Virus record (IMG/VR): IMGVR_UViG_3300042889_001305
Origin: a virus
Taxonomy: Duplodnaviria > Heunggongvirae > Uroviricota > Caudoviricetes
Strand: one strand, 5' to 3'
DNA length: 64,000 bases
How positions within the stretch are numbered: position 1 is the first letter of the stretch; every line of letters starts with the position of its first letter. Position numbers and translations under genes: made by a program. Shown piece after piece: positions 28,005 to 38,585 of the stretch. A model generated the notes under the pieces. That model had not been told where the DNA came from and made no database searches. It saw nothing but the letters and a program-made list of their open reading frames with translations.

Positions 28005-29397
28005 TAATAGTTTTTTTTAAGTTAATTATAAATTCACTTTCAATTTCATCTTTATTATTTGCGTATTCAAACAATAAATTTCTATTATAAATAAGTATTT
28101 CAAAAATTGATTTATACCACTCATTTAATTCTTCAAAAGATAATGAATTTAATCTCATAATTTCGGCATATATGGATTCCATACGTTCTGCATCATCTTT
28201 TATATTATCATACTCTTCATTTATAAATGGAGAAAATGTTTTAAATCCTAATTTTTTTAATTCAACAAGTGCACCTGACTTATTAACCATTATAAATGGT
28301 TGTAAGTGTCCAATTGGTTTCCATGTCTTTTCGGAAAGATATAATCCGGTTTCATAAAAATTAGTTTCTGATAAAATATGAATATATGAATTTAAATAAG
28401 GTTCTTTATTTTCAAAATTAAATCCCCAAACTGATTCTATATCGTCATAATCAATTGTTTGTTTTTTTAGTTTAATTATATTTTGAAATTCTTTATATGC
28501 ACTTAATGCTAAATTACTAGTGTGTAAATGATGTGAAAAAAATGAAAGATTATTTTCTCTTTCAAACATATCAATATCAAATGAAACTAAATTTTCTTTT
28601 ATAAAATCAATACCTAATAATGAAAGTAATGTAATACGTTGTGGTCTTAATCGTCTATTCATAAATAAAAATTTATGTTTTCTAATAGAAAAATTAATAT
28701 CACTTTCTTTTACAATAGTACTTGTATTATTAACGTGTTCCCAAAAATTATCCTTTACTCCATTAAAAATTTGTTGCATTTCTAATGATTTCATTCTTAA
28801 TGACCATCCCCAATAAATTACTTTCATTTTATCAGTAATATTATTTTCTAAACAAATTTTATTGTGCAGTTCCTCAATATCAACACTAGAAATTGTGAAT
28901 ATAACTTTATTAGCGGGAATTTCATATTTTTTAAACAATTCGTATAAATACACTATTAAATGCTCTTCAAATACACCTTCAGTTGAAAAATTAATATGTA
29001 AATAAAAATTAGGTGTATTTTTTATTTCTGTTAATGCATGGGTTGATATAAAATCTATAAAATTCCATTCTGAAAATTGAGTTTGTTTTCCTAAAAATTG
29101 TGAAAAACTTCCAAATGGTTCTACTAAATATACAAAACTTTTATTACTTTTTATTCTAATATCATAATACTCATTGAAGGATAATTTAGTATATAAGTTT
29201 GTATTTAAATTTAAATTTGCATTATAAACGGGTGGTTGTAAATAATTTTTAAAAAAATGTTCACTAACTGAACTATTTACTTCCCCACCTTCTTCAAAAA
29301 ATTTGTAAGAATAAAAATAATTAAACGCGTTTGGAATCCAACCAGATGGGCCAAAGAAATCATAAACTGCGTGAAAATTATCAATCGTATTATGCAT
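27988..29397 (-). CDS. putative glycosyltransferase-like protein, paralogue 1 (ETxF...EKxxKP...QPFI family)
   Basis: YIHILSETNF...SEKTWKPIGHLQPFI...LKKLGFKTF...YD shared with the ORFs at 32620 and 38582. Confidence 0.5.
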   Translation of the reverse strand: MHNTIDNFHAVYDFFGPSGWIPNAFNYFYSYKFFEEGGEVNSSVSEHFFKNYLQPPVYNANLNLNTNLYTKLSFNEYYDIRIKSNKSFVYLVEPFGSFSQFLGKQTQFSEWNFIDFISTHALTEIKNTPNFYLHINFSTEGVFEEHLIVYLYELFKKYEIPANKVIFTISSVDIEELHNKICLENNITDKMKVIYWGWSLRMKSLEMQQIFNGVKDNFWEHVNNTSTIVKESDINFSIRKHKFLFMNRRLRPQRITLLSLLGIDFIKENLVSFDIDMFERENNLSFFSHHLHTSNLALSAYKEFQNIIKLKKQTIDYDDIESVWGFNFENKEPYLNSYIHILSETNFYETGLYLSEKTWKPIGHLQPFIMVNKSGALVELKKLGFKTFSPFINEEYDNIKDDAERMESIYAEIMRLNSLSFEELNEWYKSIFEILIYNRNLLFEYANNKDEIESEFIINLKKTINEKAY

Positions 29398-29935
29398 AGT
29401 ATAATTCAGGGTATTCTGCTAATACATGAATACCAATATTTTCGGTTGCGTATTTATATGATAATTCAACGTCTTGCCAAGTCTTTAAATCGTGAAATTC
29501 TATATTAGGACACATTGATTTAAATTCATCTATATAATTTCCTTTATGTTGATGACCAGGGTCTAATGGTTTATCAGAACCCTTACCTACTCTAATTAAA
29601 ATATGAGGATTCCATTGACCATTTGACATTTTCTTAATTTTATCTAAATGATTTACCAATTGATTTGATGCACAAATTAAAAAATCCCAACGAGGATAAA
29701 ATGTAACAACTTTATGACCAGCCATAGCTAATCCTAAACTCATACCTAATTGAGTCTCTTCCATTACTGGAGTTTCTATCATTTTTTCTTTTGGTAATCC
29801 CTCAATTGTTTTTGACATTGGATTTCCATAATAAACTATTTGTTGACCAATAAATATAGTTGATTCATCTTGCATAATAGTTTTCATAGCAGTTGTCAAT
29901 GCATCAACATATGGTGTAAATTGTGGTGTACTCAT
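29390..29935 (-). CDS. ThDP-dependent enzyme, E1-beta/transketolase pyrimidine-binding domain only
   Basis: IFIGQ, IETPVMEETQLGMSLGLA, YPRWDF...QLVN and GHQH motifs; 181 aa, no C-terminal domain. Confidence 0.85.
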   Translation of the reverse strand: MSTPQFTPYVDALTTAMKTIMQDESTIFIGQQIVYYGNPMSKTIEGLPKEKMIETPVMEETQLGMSLGLAMAGHKVVTFYPRWDFLICASNQLVNHLDKIKKMSNGQWNPHILIRVGKGSDKPLDPGHQHKGNYIDEFKSMCPNIEFHDLKTWQDVELSYKYATENIGIHVLAEYPELYYA

Positions 29936-29943
29936 TTTTTAAT

Positions 29944-30669
29944 TTAATTTGGTTGCCAATTATCTTTTTTTAATTTTTTAATTATTGATTCTGCGACACA
30001 TTTATGTCCTTTTAGATTAAGATGTATATCATTTTTTTGTAATCCTTGTGATACAAAATCAGATGCTATTGTTACATTGTATTCATCTCTATGTAGAAAG
30101 TATTCAAATGAATTTTTTGTATCACCATCTATTTCTATATCAACATGTCTATCTTTAAAATATTTTTGATATAATGGATGATTTGGAAATTCTTCATACC
30201 AACTAAGTGTTACAACTTTAACACCCTCCGATTCCCATTTAGTAATTTCATTATTTACAAATTCAATTTGCTGTTCTATTGACATTACATCACCAGTCAA
30301 CCAACCTTCCTTTGTACGAATTTTATTTACATAATCTCTATATTGTGATGTAAATTGATATATTATTAATCCCATTTTTGATATTGGTAGATTAACTGTT
30401 TCCTGTAAATAACCATTTACATAATCTTCTATATTTCTTACATTTGAACCACCATTTCCACTATTAGCAATATCCCACATTTTGTATTCATTTGCTACGA
30501 TTCTTAAAAATCTATTTTCATCTTTAAACTTAATGTGGTCTTCAGTTAGGGTGTAATCAAATCGATGATATTCTTTTAACGCTGGTAAATCTGGTAGATT
30601 ACTATAAAAATATAATCCCTCACCCCACGTGAACGAACAACCGATACCCAATACACCCTTTGTATTCAT
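29944..30669 (-). CDS. SGNH-hydrolase-like protein (possible O-acetyl esterase/transferase)
   Basis: GCSFTWG block I and DIHLNLKGH block V. Confidence 0.65.
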   Translation of the reverse strand: MNTKGVLGIGCSFTWGEGLYFYSNLPDLPALKEYHRFDYTLTEDHIKFKDENRFLRIVANEYKMWDIANSGNGGSNVRNIEDYVNGYLQETVNLPISKMGLIIYQFTSQYRDYVNKIRTKEGWLTGDVMSIEQQIEFVNNEITKWESEGVKVVTLSWYEEFPNHPLYQKYFKDRHVDIEIDGDTKNSFEYFLHRDEYNVTIASDFVSQGLQKNDIHLNLKGHKCVAESIIKKLKKDNWQPN

Positions 30670-31661
30670 TATGGTTTTGAATTTGGATTATATAAATGTT
30701 TATTTGCTTTATACCACTCAATGGTTTCTTTAAGAGCTTCTTTTAGATTTCTCTTTGGTTTCCATCCTAAATCATTAATCTTTTTAGAAGATAATAATCG
30801 GATAGGAATCATTGGTGCCTTATTATTTACAAATTCAATTGGGTTAGTATTACCATCTAATTCTTTAATGGTTGCAAGTGTTTCATTTACTGTAAATCCT
30901 TCACCATAACATACATTAAAAATATCGTATGTATCATTATTCTCTGCTACAAAGATAAACCCATCTGCCATATCTTCAACGTGTAGTAAATCTCGTACTT
31001 CCGTTCCATCACCCCAAACTGGTATTGGATTTAAACCATCTGCTACTTTACGAATGTTTGCCGGAGTAACGTGACACTTTTCAAAATCAAACTTATCATT
31101 TGGGCCGAATGCGTTTGAAGGTCTAACAATTAAACATTGCATTGGTTCGTGAATTTGGTTAGAAAAGAAATCACATAACATTTCGCCATATCTTTTCATA
31201 CCACCAACTGCTTTGTAAACTGGTAACATAGGAGTTGCGTGAATATTCATATCCTCAGTACAAAATTCAGTACCCATATCTGGATACGTTGTGTTTGATG
31301 AAATAAATAAAAATTTACGAACTTTGTTTTTCCAACTTTGCTCTAATAAATTTACATTCATCTCTACATTTGGAGTAACGTGTAATAGTGGATTAAATTT
31401 AGTATCCAATGCGTTTGATGTGTTTGCTGCACAATGGAATACTACATCAACATCTTTACTGATTAACTGACAAAACTCTGCAGTTTGTAAATCACCTTTG
31501 ATATGTTCTATTTCCGATGTTCCTTCAAAATCGTTTCTCAAATCTCTACTGAAAGAGGTTGAGCGAAGGTTTCGATAACCCTTCTCATATAATAATCTTA
31601 ATAAATGTGAACCTATAAATCCACTTGCACCCGTAACTAAAACTTTGTCTGTTTTTTTCAT
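30669..31661 (-). CDS. NAD-dependent NDP-sugar epimerase/reductase (GDP-L-fucose synthase-like)
   Basis: VTGASGFIG, RPSNAFGPNDKF, VWGDGTEVRDLLHVED. Confidence 0.85.
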   Translation of the reverse strand: MKKTDKVLVTGASGFIGSHLLRLLYEKGYRNLRSTSFSRDLRNDFEGTSEIEHIKGDLQTAEFCQLISKDVDVVFHCAANTSNALDTKFNPLLHVTPNVEMNVNLLEQSWKNKVRKFLFISSNTTYPDMGTEFCTEDMNIHATPMLPVYKAVGGMKRYGEMLCDFFSNQIHEPMQCLIVRPSNAFGPNDKFDFEKCHVTPANIRKVADGLNPIPVWGDGTEVRDLLHVEDMADGFIFVAENNDTYDIFNVCYGEGFTVNETLATIKELDGNTNPIEFVNNKAPMIPIRLLSSKKINDLGWKPKRNLKEALKETIEWYKANKHLYNPNSKP

Positions 31662-31664
31662 AAC

Positions 31665-32630
31665 TTATTTTTTGTATTCATTTAAATAATAATCAATTGT
31701 ATGTCTTAATCCTGTCTTTAAGGATATTTTTTGTTTAATTCCAAATGATTCTGCTCTTTCAGTGCTCATTAATCTTTTCTCATCACCATTTGGTTTTGTT
31801 GGGTCCCAGTTTATTTCAACTTTTTCACCATACATCTCTTCGTATATTTCTACAAGAGTTTCTGCAAGTTGTTTAATTGTTACACCTGTTCCACTACCTA
31901 AATTTATTGGTTGTGTTAATTTTTGTTCGTATGCCTGAATAATTCCATCAGCAACATCTCCTGCATAGATAAAATCTCTAATTGGAGAACCATCTCCCCA
32001 ACATACTAATGGATGTTCTTTTTCACCAAATAAACGTTTGATTAGGGATGCAATGACGGTAGATTCTGGACTAAAGTTATCGTGTCTACCATAAATGTTT
32101 GCCGGTCTTACAATTGATACTTTATTCCAATCGTATGATACTGAATATACTTCTGCTTGAAGTTCTCCAAGTCTCTTAGCCCAACCTGCGTATTTATCCT
32201 TTTCTGATGGGAACGTTTTCCAAACATCATCTTCATAAAATACTTCCGCCGGTTGATATACTCCAACTGTCGATGTGTAAACATACCATTCTACATTTTC
32301 TAAACGTGCAGCTTCCATCATATTGGTATTAAACTGCAACATTGGTACGAAATAATCTGCGGGTTGTTCGGCTGCTCTTTTTGGAGAACCCTTTACGCCT
32401 GCAATGTGGAAAATTATATCCTGCCCTTCAACTACTCTTTTACAATTTTTGAATTCTCTCAAATCAGCTTTAATAAACTGATAGTTATCTACATTGTATT
32501 TTTCTAATTGATTTTCGGGAGTATTAATATCCACTGCGGTTACAAATGCTCCTCTTTGAATACATTTGTCAACCATATAATTACCAACTAAGCCGTTGGC
32601 ACCTGTTATCAAAACCTTTTTACCATTCAT
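31665..32630 (-). CDS. NAD-dependent NDP-sugar epimerase/reductase (GDP-L-fucose synthase-like)
   Basis: ITGANGLVG, YAGWAKR, RPANIYGRHDNF, WGDGSPIRDFIY, WDPTKPNG. Confidence 0.85.
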   Translation of the reverse strand: MNGKKVLITGANGLVGNYMVDKCIQRGAFVTAVDINTPENQLEKYNVDNYQFIKADLREFKNCKRVVEGQDIIFHIAGVKGSPKRAAEQPADYFVPMLQFNTNMMEAARLENVEWYVYTSTVGVYQPAEVFYEDDVWKTFPSEKDKYAGWAKRLGELQAEVYSVSYDWNKVSIVRPANIYGRHDNFSPESTVIASLIKRLFGEKEHPLVCWGDGSPIRDFIYAGDVADGIIQAYEQKLTQPINLGSGTGVTIKQLAETLVEIYEEMYGEKVEINWDPTKPNGDEKRLMSTERAESFGIKQKISLKTGLRHTIDYYLNEYKK

Positions 32631-33810
32631 TTTCTATTGAATTTAAAATTTTACTAAATTCATCTACTTCCCAAAAGGTTTGTAGATGTTTTTTATTATA
32701 TATACATATATCTAAAACTGATTTATAGTTTTTTTCACACTCCTCTAATGACCACTCACTAATTTGGGTTATTAAATCAAATATTTTTATTAATCGGTCT
32801 TCATTATCAATAATTGAATCATATTTTTCATCCCAAATAGAATCGAATGTTTTGAATCCTAATTCTTTTAATTTTTTTAAATAATTTGGCGATGATAAAA
32901 CTATAAATGGTTGTAAACACATTATTGGTTTTAATATTTTTTCCGTAAAAAATATTTGACCATCAGTAAAACACGTTTCTGTTACAATATGAAAATATGA
33001 ATCTAAATAATGTTGTTTAAAAAAAGTGTTTCCAACATGGAATCCTTGAATTGATTTTAATCTATTTTGGGTATCCAACTCCATTGGTATCTTTGATGTT
33101 ACCGATTCCTTATATTTTTCTAAATATTTTAATTTTTCAAAATTATTTTCATGCAAATTCATTAATAATGAAAACAATGATTTTTTATATAAATTTTCTT
33201 TTTCAAAAAATAATGATAAATAGTATCTATGAGGGCGTTGTGAATTTCTATTTAAACATAAAAAATGTTTATTTCGATGTGTAATATTACGCACTTCTTC
33301 AATGGTCGGTATATCTGATATATAATTTAAATCGTTTAATTCATTTGGATGGTAATTACACATCACAATAAAATGTAGAGTTGTAAATATTTTAAAATTA
33401 GTATTTGTATCTAAAAAATTTTGATTTGAATCCAATAAAATTAAATGAGTTTCATCTAATTCAAATCTATTCAATTCTTTTATTAAATTATCAAAAAAAT
33501 CAGATACTATTTCTGTTGCCTCTGCAATTGAGGCCAATAAAATTTTAGTTTTGTTTTGTTTTATTGTTTCAATAAATTCTATTGGTAAGGTATCTAATAA
33601 TGTTTTACCATTTTTATCTTTTCTATAAAAATCTCGTAATGATTCTCTACATTCTAATAAAAATATATTTTTGGTAGATGTTGTTTTGTAATTAAAACTT
33701 TTATCAAAATTTGGATTATTTATAATATAGTTATACATGCCGGATTGATGAAATAATTCACTTCCATTTGATTCATCATTACCAAATACAAAATTTAACG
33801 TATTACTCAT
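32620..33810 (-). CDS. putative glycosyltransferase-like protein, paralogue 2
   Basis: FLCLNR..RPHR; YFHIVTETCF...FTEKILKPIMCLQPFI...LGFKTF. Confidence 0.5.
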   Translation of the reverse strand: MSNTLNFVFGNDESNGSELFHQSGMYNYIINNPNFDKSFNYKTTSTKNIFLLECRESLRDFYRKDKNGKTLLDTLPIEFIETIKQNKTKILLASIAEATEIVSDFFDNLIKELNRFELDETHLILLDSNQNFLDTNTNFKIFTTLHFIVMCNYHPNELNDLNYISDIPTIEEVRNITHRNKHFLCLNRNSQRPHRYYLSLFFEKENLYKKSLFSLLMNLHENNFEKLKYLEKYKESVTSKIPMELDTQNRLKSIQGFHVGNTFFKQHYLDSYFHIVTETCFTDGQIFFTEKILKPIMCLQPFIVLSSPNYLKKLKELGFKTFDSIWDEKYDSIIDNEDRLIKIFDLITQISEWSLEECEKNYKSVLDICIYNKKHLQTFWEVDEFSKILNSIENEW

Positions 33811-34811
33811 TATTTTCTAATTATTTTTTTTATAGAATTTCTAACAAATTTATTTTCATGTTTAAAACTATCAAATAAAGATTCGTTTTGTATATATCTC
33901 TTTTGACACATTTTATCAAACATAGTATCACCTAATAATATTTGTTGATGTGATATTACTAAGTCTGAAATATTATCTTTGATATATTGCTTTATTCCAT
34001 CTACTATTTTTTGTTTATTTTCAAAATCAGATTCAGTTATTTCCCAATCACTATTTACAAATTTACCATCTATTAAATCAATATATGTCCCAACTTTATC
34101 CACAAAAACAGATTCAAAAAAGATTATATTATCTTTAAATTTTGATTCGTAAAATGGATATAATCCAATTGCATCTTTTATAGGTAAATTACCTTTATAT
34201 GTAAAATACTTGCCTCTGAATTTATAACCATAAATTTTTTCTAAATAGTATTGAGTAGTTCCTTGATATCCACTATCTACCATTAAAATATTTTGTGCCG
34301 AACCAATTGTTGTATCAATATACTCTTTATATTCAATTTGAAGTTTTTTTGATTTTGTTATAATTAATTCAACCCAATCACTTAAATCTGGCAATCCCTT
34401 TGTTGTATCAATCCATTGTTTTGGAACGTTTATTTTAATACCAAATCTATCAAATAATAAATCATTTATATCACCTTCATATCTGTGTAACTCAAACGAT
34501 TTATATATTTCAATTTCAGTTGTAAACGATATCATTGATGCTAATTTACGAGAAGTTTTAAAATACACACTATTTGGCAATTTGTATTTATCTTTATAGG
34601 TTTCCCATATATTTTTTAAAAAATATCCTTCTCTGGAATTAAATAGAATTAAATCTGCTCCATCTAAATTATCAATTAACCATTTAAAATAATTGAATAC
34701 CAATGGGCCAAAGAATATATATCCTAAATCAAATACTGATTTTGGATTTTTAGTATGTTCTTTATCTAAAAAATTATAATCCATAAACTTTGAAACATGA
34801 TATTCCAACAC
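33810..34811 (-). CDS. polysaccharide-locus HAD-associated protein
   Basis: FFGP...LFNSREGYFL; VDSGYQGTTQYYL; resembles the C-terminal part of HAD-like capsule-locus proteins. Confidence 0.5.
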   Translation of the reverse strand: MLEYHVSKFMDYNFLDKEHTKNPKSVFDLGYIFFGPLVFNYFKWLIDNLDGADLILFNSREGYFLKNIWETYKDKYKLPNSVYFKTSRKLASMISFTTEIEIYKSFELHRYEGDINDLLFDRFGIKINVPKQWIDTTKGLPDLSDWVELIITKSKKLQIEYKEYIDTTIGSAQNILMVDSGYQGTTQYYLEKIYGYKFRGKYFTYKGNLPIKDAIGLYPFYESKFKDNIIFFESVFVDKVGTYIDLIDGKFVNSDWEITESDFENKQKIVDGIKQYIKDNISDLVISHQQILLGDTMFDKMCQKRYIQNESLFDSFKHENKFVRNSIKKIIRK

Positions 34812-35211
34812 TATTCCACATTTGTATTATTTCTTCATCATCATCATAAGCACAGAATACGTCTGATTTGATTATAGTTTCATATACTTTCTTTTTATAC
34901 ACCGATGCTTTTAAAAAATATGAACTACGATTTCGCATAATTAATTGGTCGTATTCTATTTCATATTTTTTTAACCATTCTTCCGTAACGCTTTTAACTG
35001 ATTCTGGTCTTCCTGTTAAAATAATAACTTCAAATCCATCTTTTTTATATTTTTTTGCCAAATCAATCATAGGATATAATGGTTTATCATTTTTTATAAG
35101 TTCTACACTATGTGCAATATCCCAATTAATTTTTCCGTTTTCTTTTTTTGCTATAGCAAATCTTTCATTACTAATACAAAGTGTATTATCTATATCAATT
35201 ATTACTTTCAT
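34774..35211 (-). CDS. HAD-family phosphatase (T4 PNK 3'-phosphatase-like)
   Basis: IIDIDNTL, ILTGRPE, LIMR and YDDD motifs. Confidence 0.8.
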   Translation of the reverse strand: MKVIIDIDNTLCISNERFAIAKKENGKINWDIAHSVELIKNDKPLYPMIDLAKKYKKDGFEVIILTGRPESVKSVTEEWLKKYEIEYDQLIMRNRSSYFLKASVYKKKVYETIIKSDVFCAYDDDEEIIQMWNSVGISCFKVYGL

Positions 35212-36413
35212 AAATCTCTTACACCTTGTTTTTCATAACTAACTGGTACTTTAATTCCGGTGTTACATCCATTACAATTATCACAAAATGTAATATATCC
35301 TAAATCAGTATAACCTAAATCAAATTTTAATAATTCTTCTTTTGAAATTGTCTTTATATCAACATAATCATTTTCATTTAATGGGAATATTTTTGTTCTA
35401 ACTGCTGATGTATTAAGATGACAATAATAAAACTTACCATCATTTAATCCTCTAAATGGGGCAGTACACGAATCAAAGTGTTTTATTAATTCATCAGTTG
35501 GTAATTTTTTAGAAACCCTTAAATCACCAAAATCATACCATTCAATTTCATTCCTAACATAATGATTAATATTATTATTTTTATAAACATCTAAAACTTT
35601 TGTTATTTTACTTTTTATAAATTCTAATTTATCACTATAATCACTAACACTTAAAATAACATCATTATCCTTTAATAACTGGATAATAGTATCTTTTGGT
35701 AAAATTGTACCATTTGTAGTGATTATTAGTTTATCAATTTTGGTTATATAGTTTTCTAATATGTGTTTGATTACATTTTCTATATTTGGATATAAAAATG
35801 GCTCTCCGCCAACTAAATGAAAAACACTTACATAATCTACAATCTTAAAATAGGAATCTATATCAGAAATTATCGTATCTAACTCCATGTGAACCGGGAA
35901 TTCGTAATGCGGCATGAACATATTACAATGTGAGCAGTTCAAACTACATTTTTCGGTTACTAATACATCTGATTGGAATATATGAACTATATTTTTGTAT
36001 TTAAAGGGCCAAATTGATGCAATATTCTTATACCAAGTCCATTTTACATCATTTTTTTCTAAAAATTCTTTGTATTTTTGTTTATACACATCAGTTGTTA
36101 CAATAACTTGTGTATTTGGTGTAATTTCAAAATTATCTATGTGAATTAGTTCAATATTTTTTCTTTTTAGTTCAATATTTTTAGATTGATGATAAAAAGA
36201 ACTAATTTCGTTGATATTATTTAAGGTAGTTGTATTTTTTACATCGTGGTCAACGATATATTTAATTTTTAACACATTTTCACCTAATAATAAATCAATA
36301 GTTCTAATAAATTGGATGCATTCTTTACTTGCACCAAATAAAACATATTCAGTATCTAAGTTCCAATCTGAAATGAACTTATCAAAATTATGTAACTCAT
36401 TATTATATAACAT
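35208..36413 (-). CDS. radical SAM protein with N-terminal Rossmann-like segment
   Basis: CSLNCSHC, LVGGEPFL, ITTNGT; C-terminal Cys cluster. Confidence 0.85.
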   Translation of the reverse strand: MLYNNELHNFDKFISDWNLDTEYVLFGASKECIQFIRTIDLLLGENVLKIKYIVDHDVKNTTTLNNINEISSFYHQSKNIELKRKNIELIHIDNFEITPNTQVIVTTDVYKQKYKEFLEKNDVKWTWYKNIASIWPFKYKNIVHIFQSDVLVTEKCSLNCSHCNMFMPHYEFPVHMELDTIISDIDSYFKIVDYVSVFHLVGGEPFLYPNIENVIKHILENYITKIDKLIITTNGTILPKDTIIQLLKDNDVILSVSDYSDKLEFIKSKITKVLDVYKNNNINHYVRNEIEWYDFGDLRVSKKLPTDELIKHFDSCTAPFRGLNDGKFYYCHLNTSAVRTKIFPLNENDYVDIKTISKEELLKFDLGYTDLGYITFCDNCNGCNTGIKVPVSYEKQGVRDL

Positions 36414-36417
36414 ATTG

Positions 36418-37056
36418 TTAAAATACTACCCATTTACCTGTTCCGTAATGCGGATATTTTGATTTATATTTATAATAGATTACATCTTCTGGTATTTCTC
36501 TTTGAATTTCTCCCCAAGTATGTGAGGTTGGGGTATTTGTAGATACTTCATTATCTTCAACTACAAAATAAAGGGGTAAATTATGATTTCTAGCGTATTT
36601 ATGTACTTCATAAAAGATTCCTGTTTCAAAAGTCATATCACCAATGAAACACCATACCTTTTTATCTTCACCTTTTAGTTTTATTGATTCAGCTGCACCT
36701 AAAGCAATTGGTAAAATCCCAGTTACTATTGCTGATGAGTAAAAATTACACTTTTTATTTACAATTGTTATACTTCGACCATCTAAAATCTCATCTTTTA
36801 ACCAAGATTCATCAATCCCATGCAAAAGTGCATGATAATGAGACCTCCAAGTAGAAAATACCCAATCATCTACCCCCACTTTTTTGAATATTTCTATTAA
36901 TTCATCCTCGTTTCCATTTGATAAATGTATTGGGCCTCGAATATCTCCTGTTTCCCAATGTTTAATAATATCATCTTCAAATTGAATGAGTTGTTCTTTT
37001 GTAAGATTACCATCAATCCATCTATCTTCGTGATAATTTAAATTTTTAATTTCCAT
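36418..37056 (-). CDS. ThDP-dependent enzyme, E1-alpha-like subunit (compact)
   Basis: GPIHLSNGNE, STWRSHYH, GDMTFETG...VVEDN ThDP-binding motif. Confidence 0.85.
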   Translation of the reverse strand: MEIKNLNYHEDRWIDGNLTKEQLIQFEDDIIKHWETGDIRGPIHLSNGNEDELIEIFKKVGVDDWVFSTWRSHYHALLHGIDESWLKDEILDGRSITIVNKKCNFYSSAIVTGILPIALGAAESIKLKGEDKKVWCFIGDMTFETGIFYEVHKYARNHNLPLYFVVEDNEVSTNTPTSHTWGEIQREIPEDVIYYKYKSKYPHYGTGKWVVF

Positions 37057-37630
37057 TTTTATCTCTATTTGAAAGTATTGGTTGTGCTACGGGCCATTCA
37101 ACATTAAATCGTTTATCGTTAAACACTATTGTTTTTTGTTTATTCTCATCGTTATATTCACCTTCATATGCCATTTTGTAAAAAAAGATAGAATTATCCT
37201 CCATCACATAATGACCATTAGCAAACATTGGTGGAATTAGAACTTGAGTACCAGTTTCCGGTGAAATTATAAAAGATTCCCATTTACCATAAGTTGGTGA
37301 GTTTGGTCTAACATCCATTACAACCAAATATATACGACCATGCAGACAACTTACTAATTTCCAAGTCTTTTCATCATAGTGCATTCCTCTCAATACACCT
37401 ACTTTTGATTTTGAGAACCTATCGTGTTTAAATTCTAACCCATTGTTGCGTTCAGCGGCGGGCAACAAACGGTCATAATACTCTGAGTGATAAGTTGTAG
37501 AGATTGAACCTCTATATTCGTAATACGTGGATGGTTGTACGATTTTTATCTCTGGTAATACCAATCCATTGTAATAGTGAAAATCATTCCACTCTCGTTC
37601 TTTGTAAAATATACTACGTCCTGTTGCCAT
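37046..37630 (-). CDS. rmlC: dTDP-4-dehydrorhamnose 3,5-epimerase (RmlC family)
   Basis: SKVGVLRGMHY, KLVSCLHG, DVRPNSPTYGKW and PPMFANGH motifs. Confidence 0.85.
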   Translation of the reverse strand: MATGRSIFYKEREWNDFHYYNGLVLPEIKIVQPSTYYEYRGSISTTYHSEYYDRLLPAAERNNGLEFKHDRFSKSKVGVLRGMHYDEKTWKLVSCLHGRIYLVVMDVRPNSPTYGKWESFIISPETGTQVLIPPMFANGHYVMEDNSIFFYKMAYEGEYNDENKQKTIVFNDKRFNVEWPVAQPILSNRDKNGN

Positions 37631-38585
37631 AACTTAAAGGGAATCCATTTCTATATTTTGAAGATAAGTCTTGGATTAAAATTTTATATGTTTTTATTAA
37701 TTCTACGATTCCATCATCTAAACTATATTGTGGAGTCCAACCTAATGCTTCTAATTTAGAATTAGAAACAATATAATCTCTTTTATCGGGGTCTTCATAA
37801 TAATCCGAATATGTGATTGCAAAATCGGGTACATATTCTTTGATTTTTTCTACTAATTGCTGTTTTGATAAATTAGCGTTTGAAAGGCCCACATTAAATA
37901 CGTCTCCTTTTAATTTTTCATAATTTTCTATCATATACACAAATGTATTTGCAACATCTCTGATATGAATGTAGTTTCTTATGAAATTTTTCTCAAAAAT
38001 GGTGATGTACTTATCAGTTAATGCTTTGTAAACAAATTCGTTAACAAGTAAGTCCATTCTCATTCGTGGTGATGAACCAAAGACGGTGGCAAGTCTAATT
38101 GAAATACCACCATAGTTTAATACTTCTCTCTCAGCATTAACTTTGGTTACACCATAATGAGAAATGGGGTTTAGTGGACTCTCTTCAGTACACTCACCAT
38201 TCTCTCCTATCCCATACCCACTATTTGTGTTGGGGTATATAATCTTTTTATTAGTATTCTTTATTCTATCACATATAAACTTTACTTGAGTATAATTGAC
38301 TGCAGTAGCAAGGTCTTTATCTCTATCACATGCAGGAAATCCTACGATTGCTGCCAGAGGAATTATTACATCTGCTTCATCTACATATTTTGAAAGTTTT
38401 TCCTGGTCTCTAACATCCCCATAAACAAATTCAAAATTCTTTCTCCAACTATAATGTATTAATGATGTTTGATTGTACATTAAATTATCATAAACTGTAA
38501 GTTTAGTAACTCCACCATTATTAAATAGACGTTCAATTAAAACTGAACCTAAATAACCTGCACCACCTGTAATTAAAATATTCAT
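37614..38585 (-). CDS. NAD-dependent epimerase/dehydratase
   Basis: ILITGGAGYLGS, PISHYGVTK (YxxxK), RLATVFG and DKRDY motifs. Confidence 0.9.
   Translation of the reverse strand: MNILITGGAGYLGSVLIERLFNNGGVTKLTVYDNLMYNQTSLIHYSWRKNFEFVYGDVRDQEKLSKYVDEADVIIPLAAIVGFPACDRDKDLATAVNYTQVKFICDRIKNTNKKIIYPNTNSGYGIGENGECTEESPLNPISHYGVTKVNAEREVLNYGGISIRLATVFGSSPRMRMDLLVNEFVYKALTDKYITIFEKNFIRNYIHIRDVANTFVYMIENYEKLKGDVFNVGLSNANLSKQQLVEKIKEYVPDFAITYSDYYEDPDKRDYIVSNSKLEALGWTPQYSLDDGIVELIKTYKILIQDLSSKYRNGFPLSYGNRT

Noticed and set aside
29390-37056. Pyruvate dehydrogenase auxiliary metabolic genes
   Set aside because: Both subunits are truncated, E2/E3 are absent and the context is NDP-sugar biosynthesis
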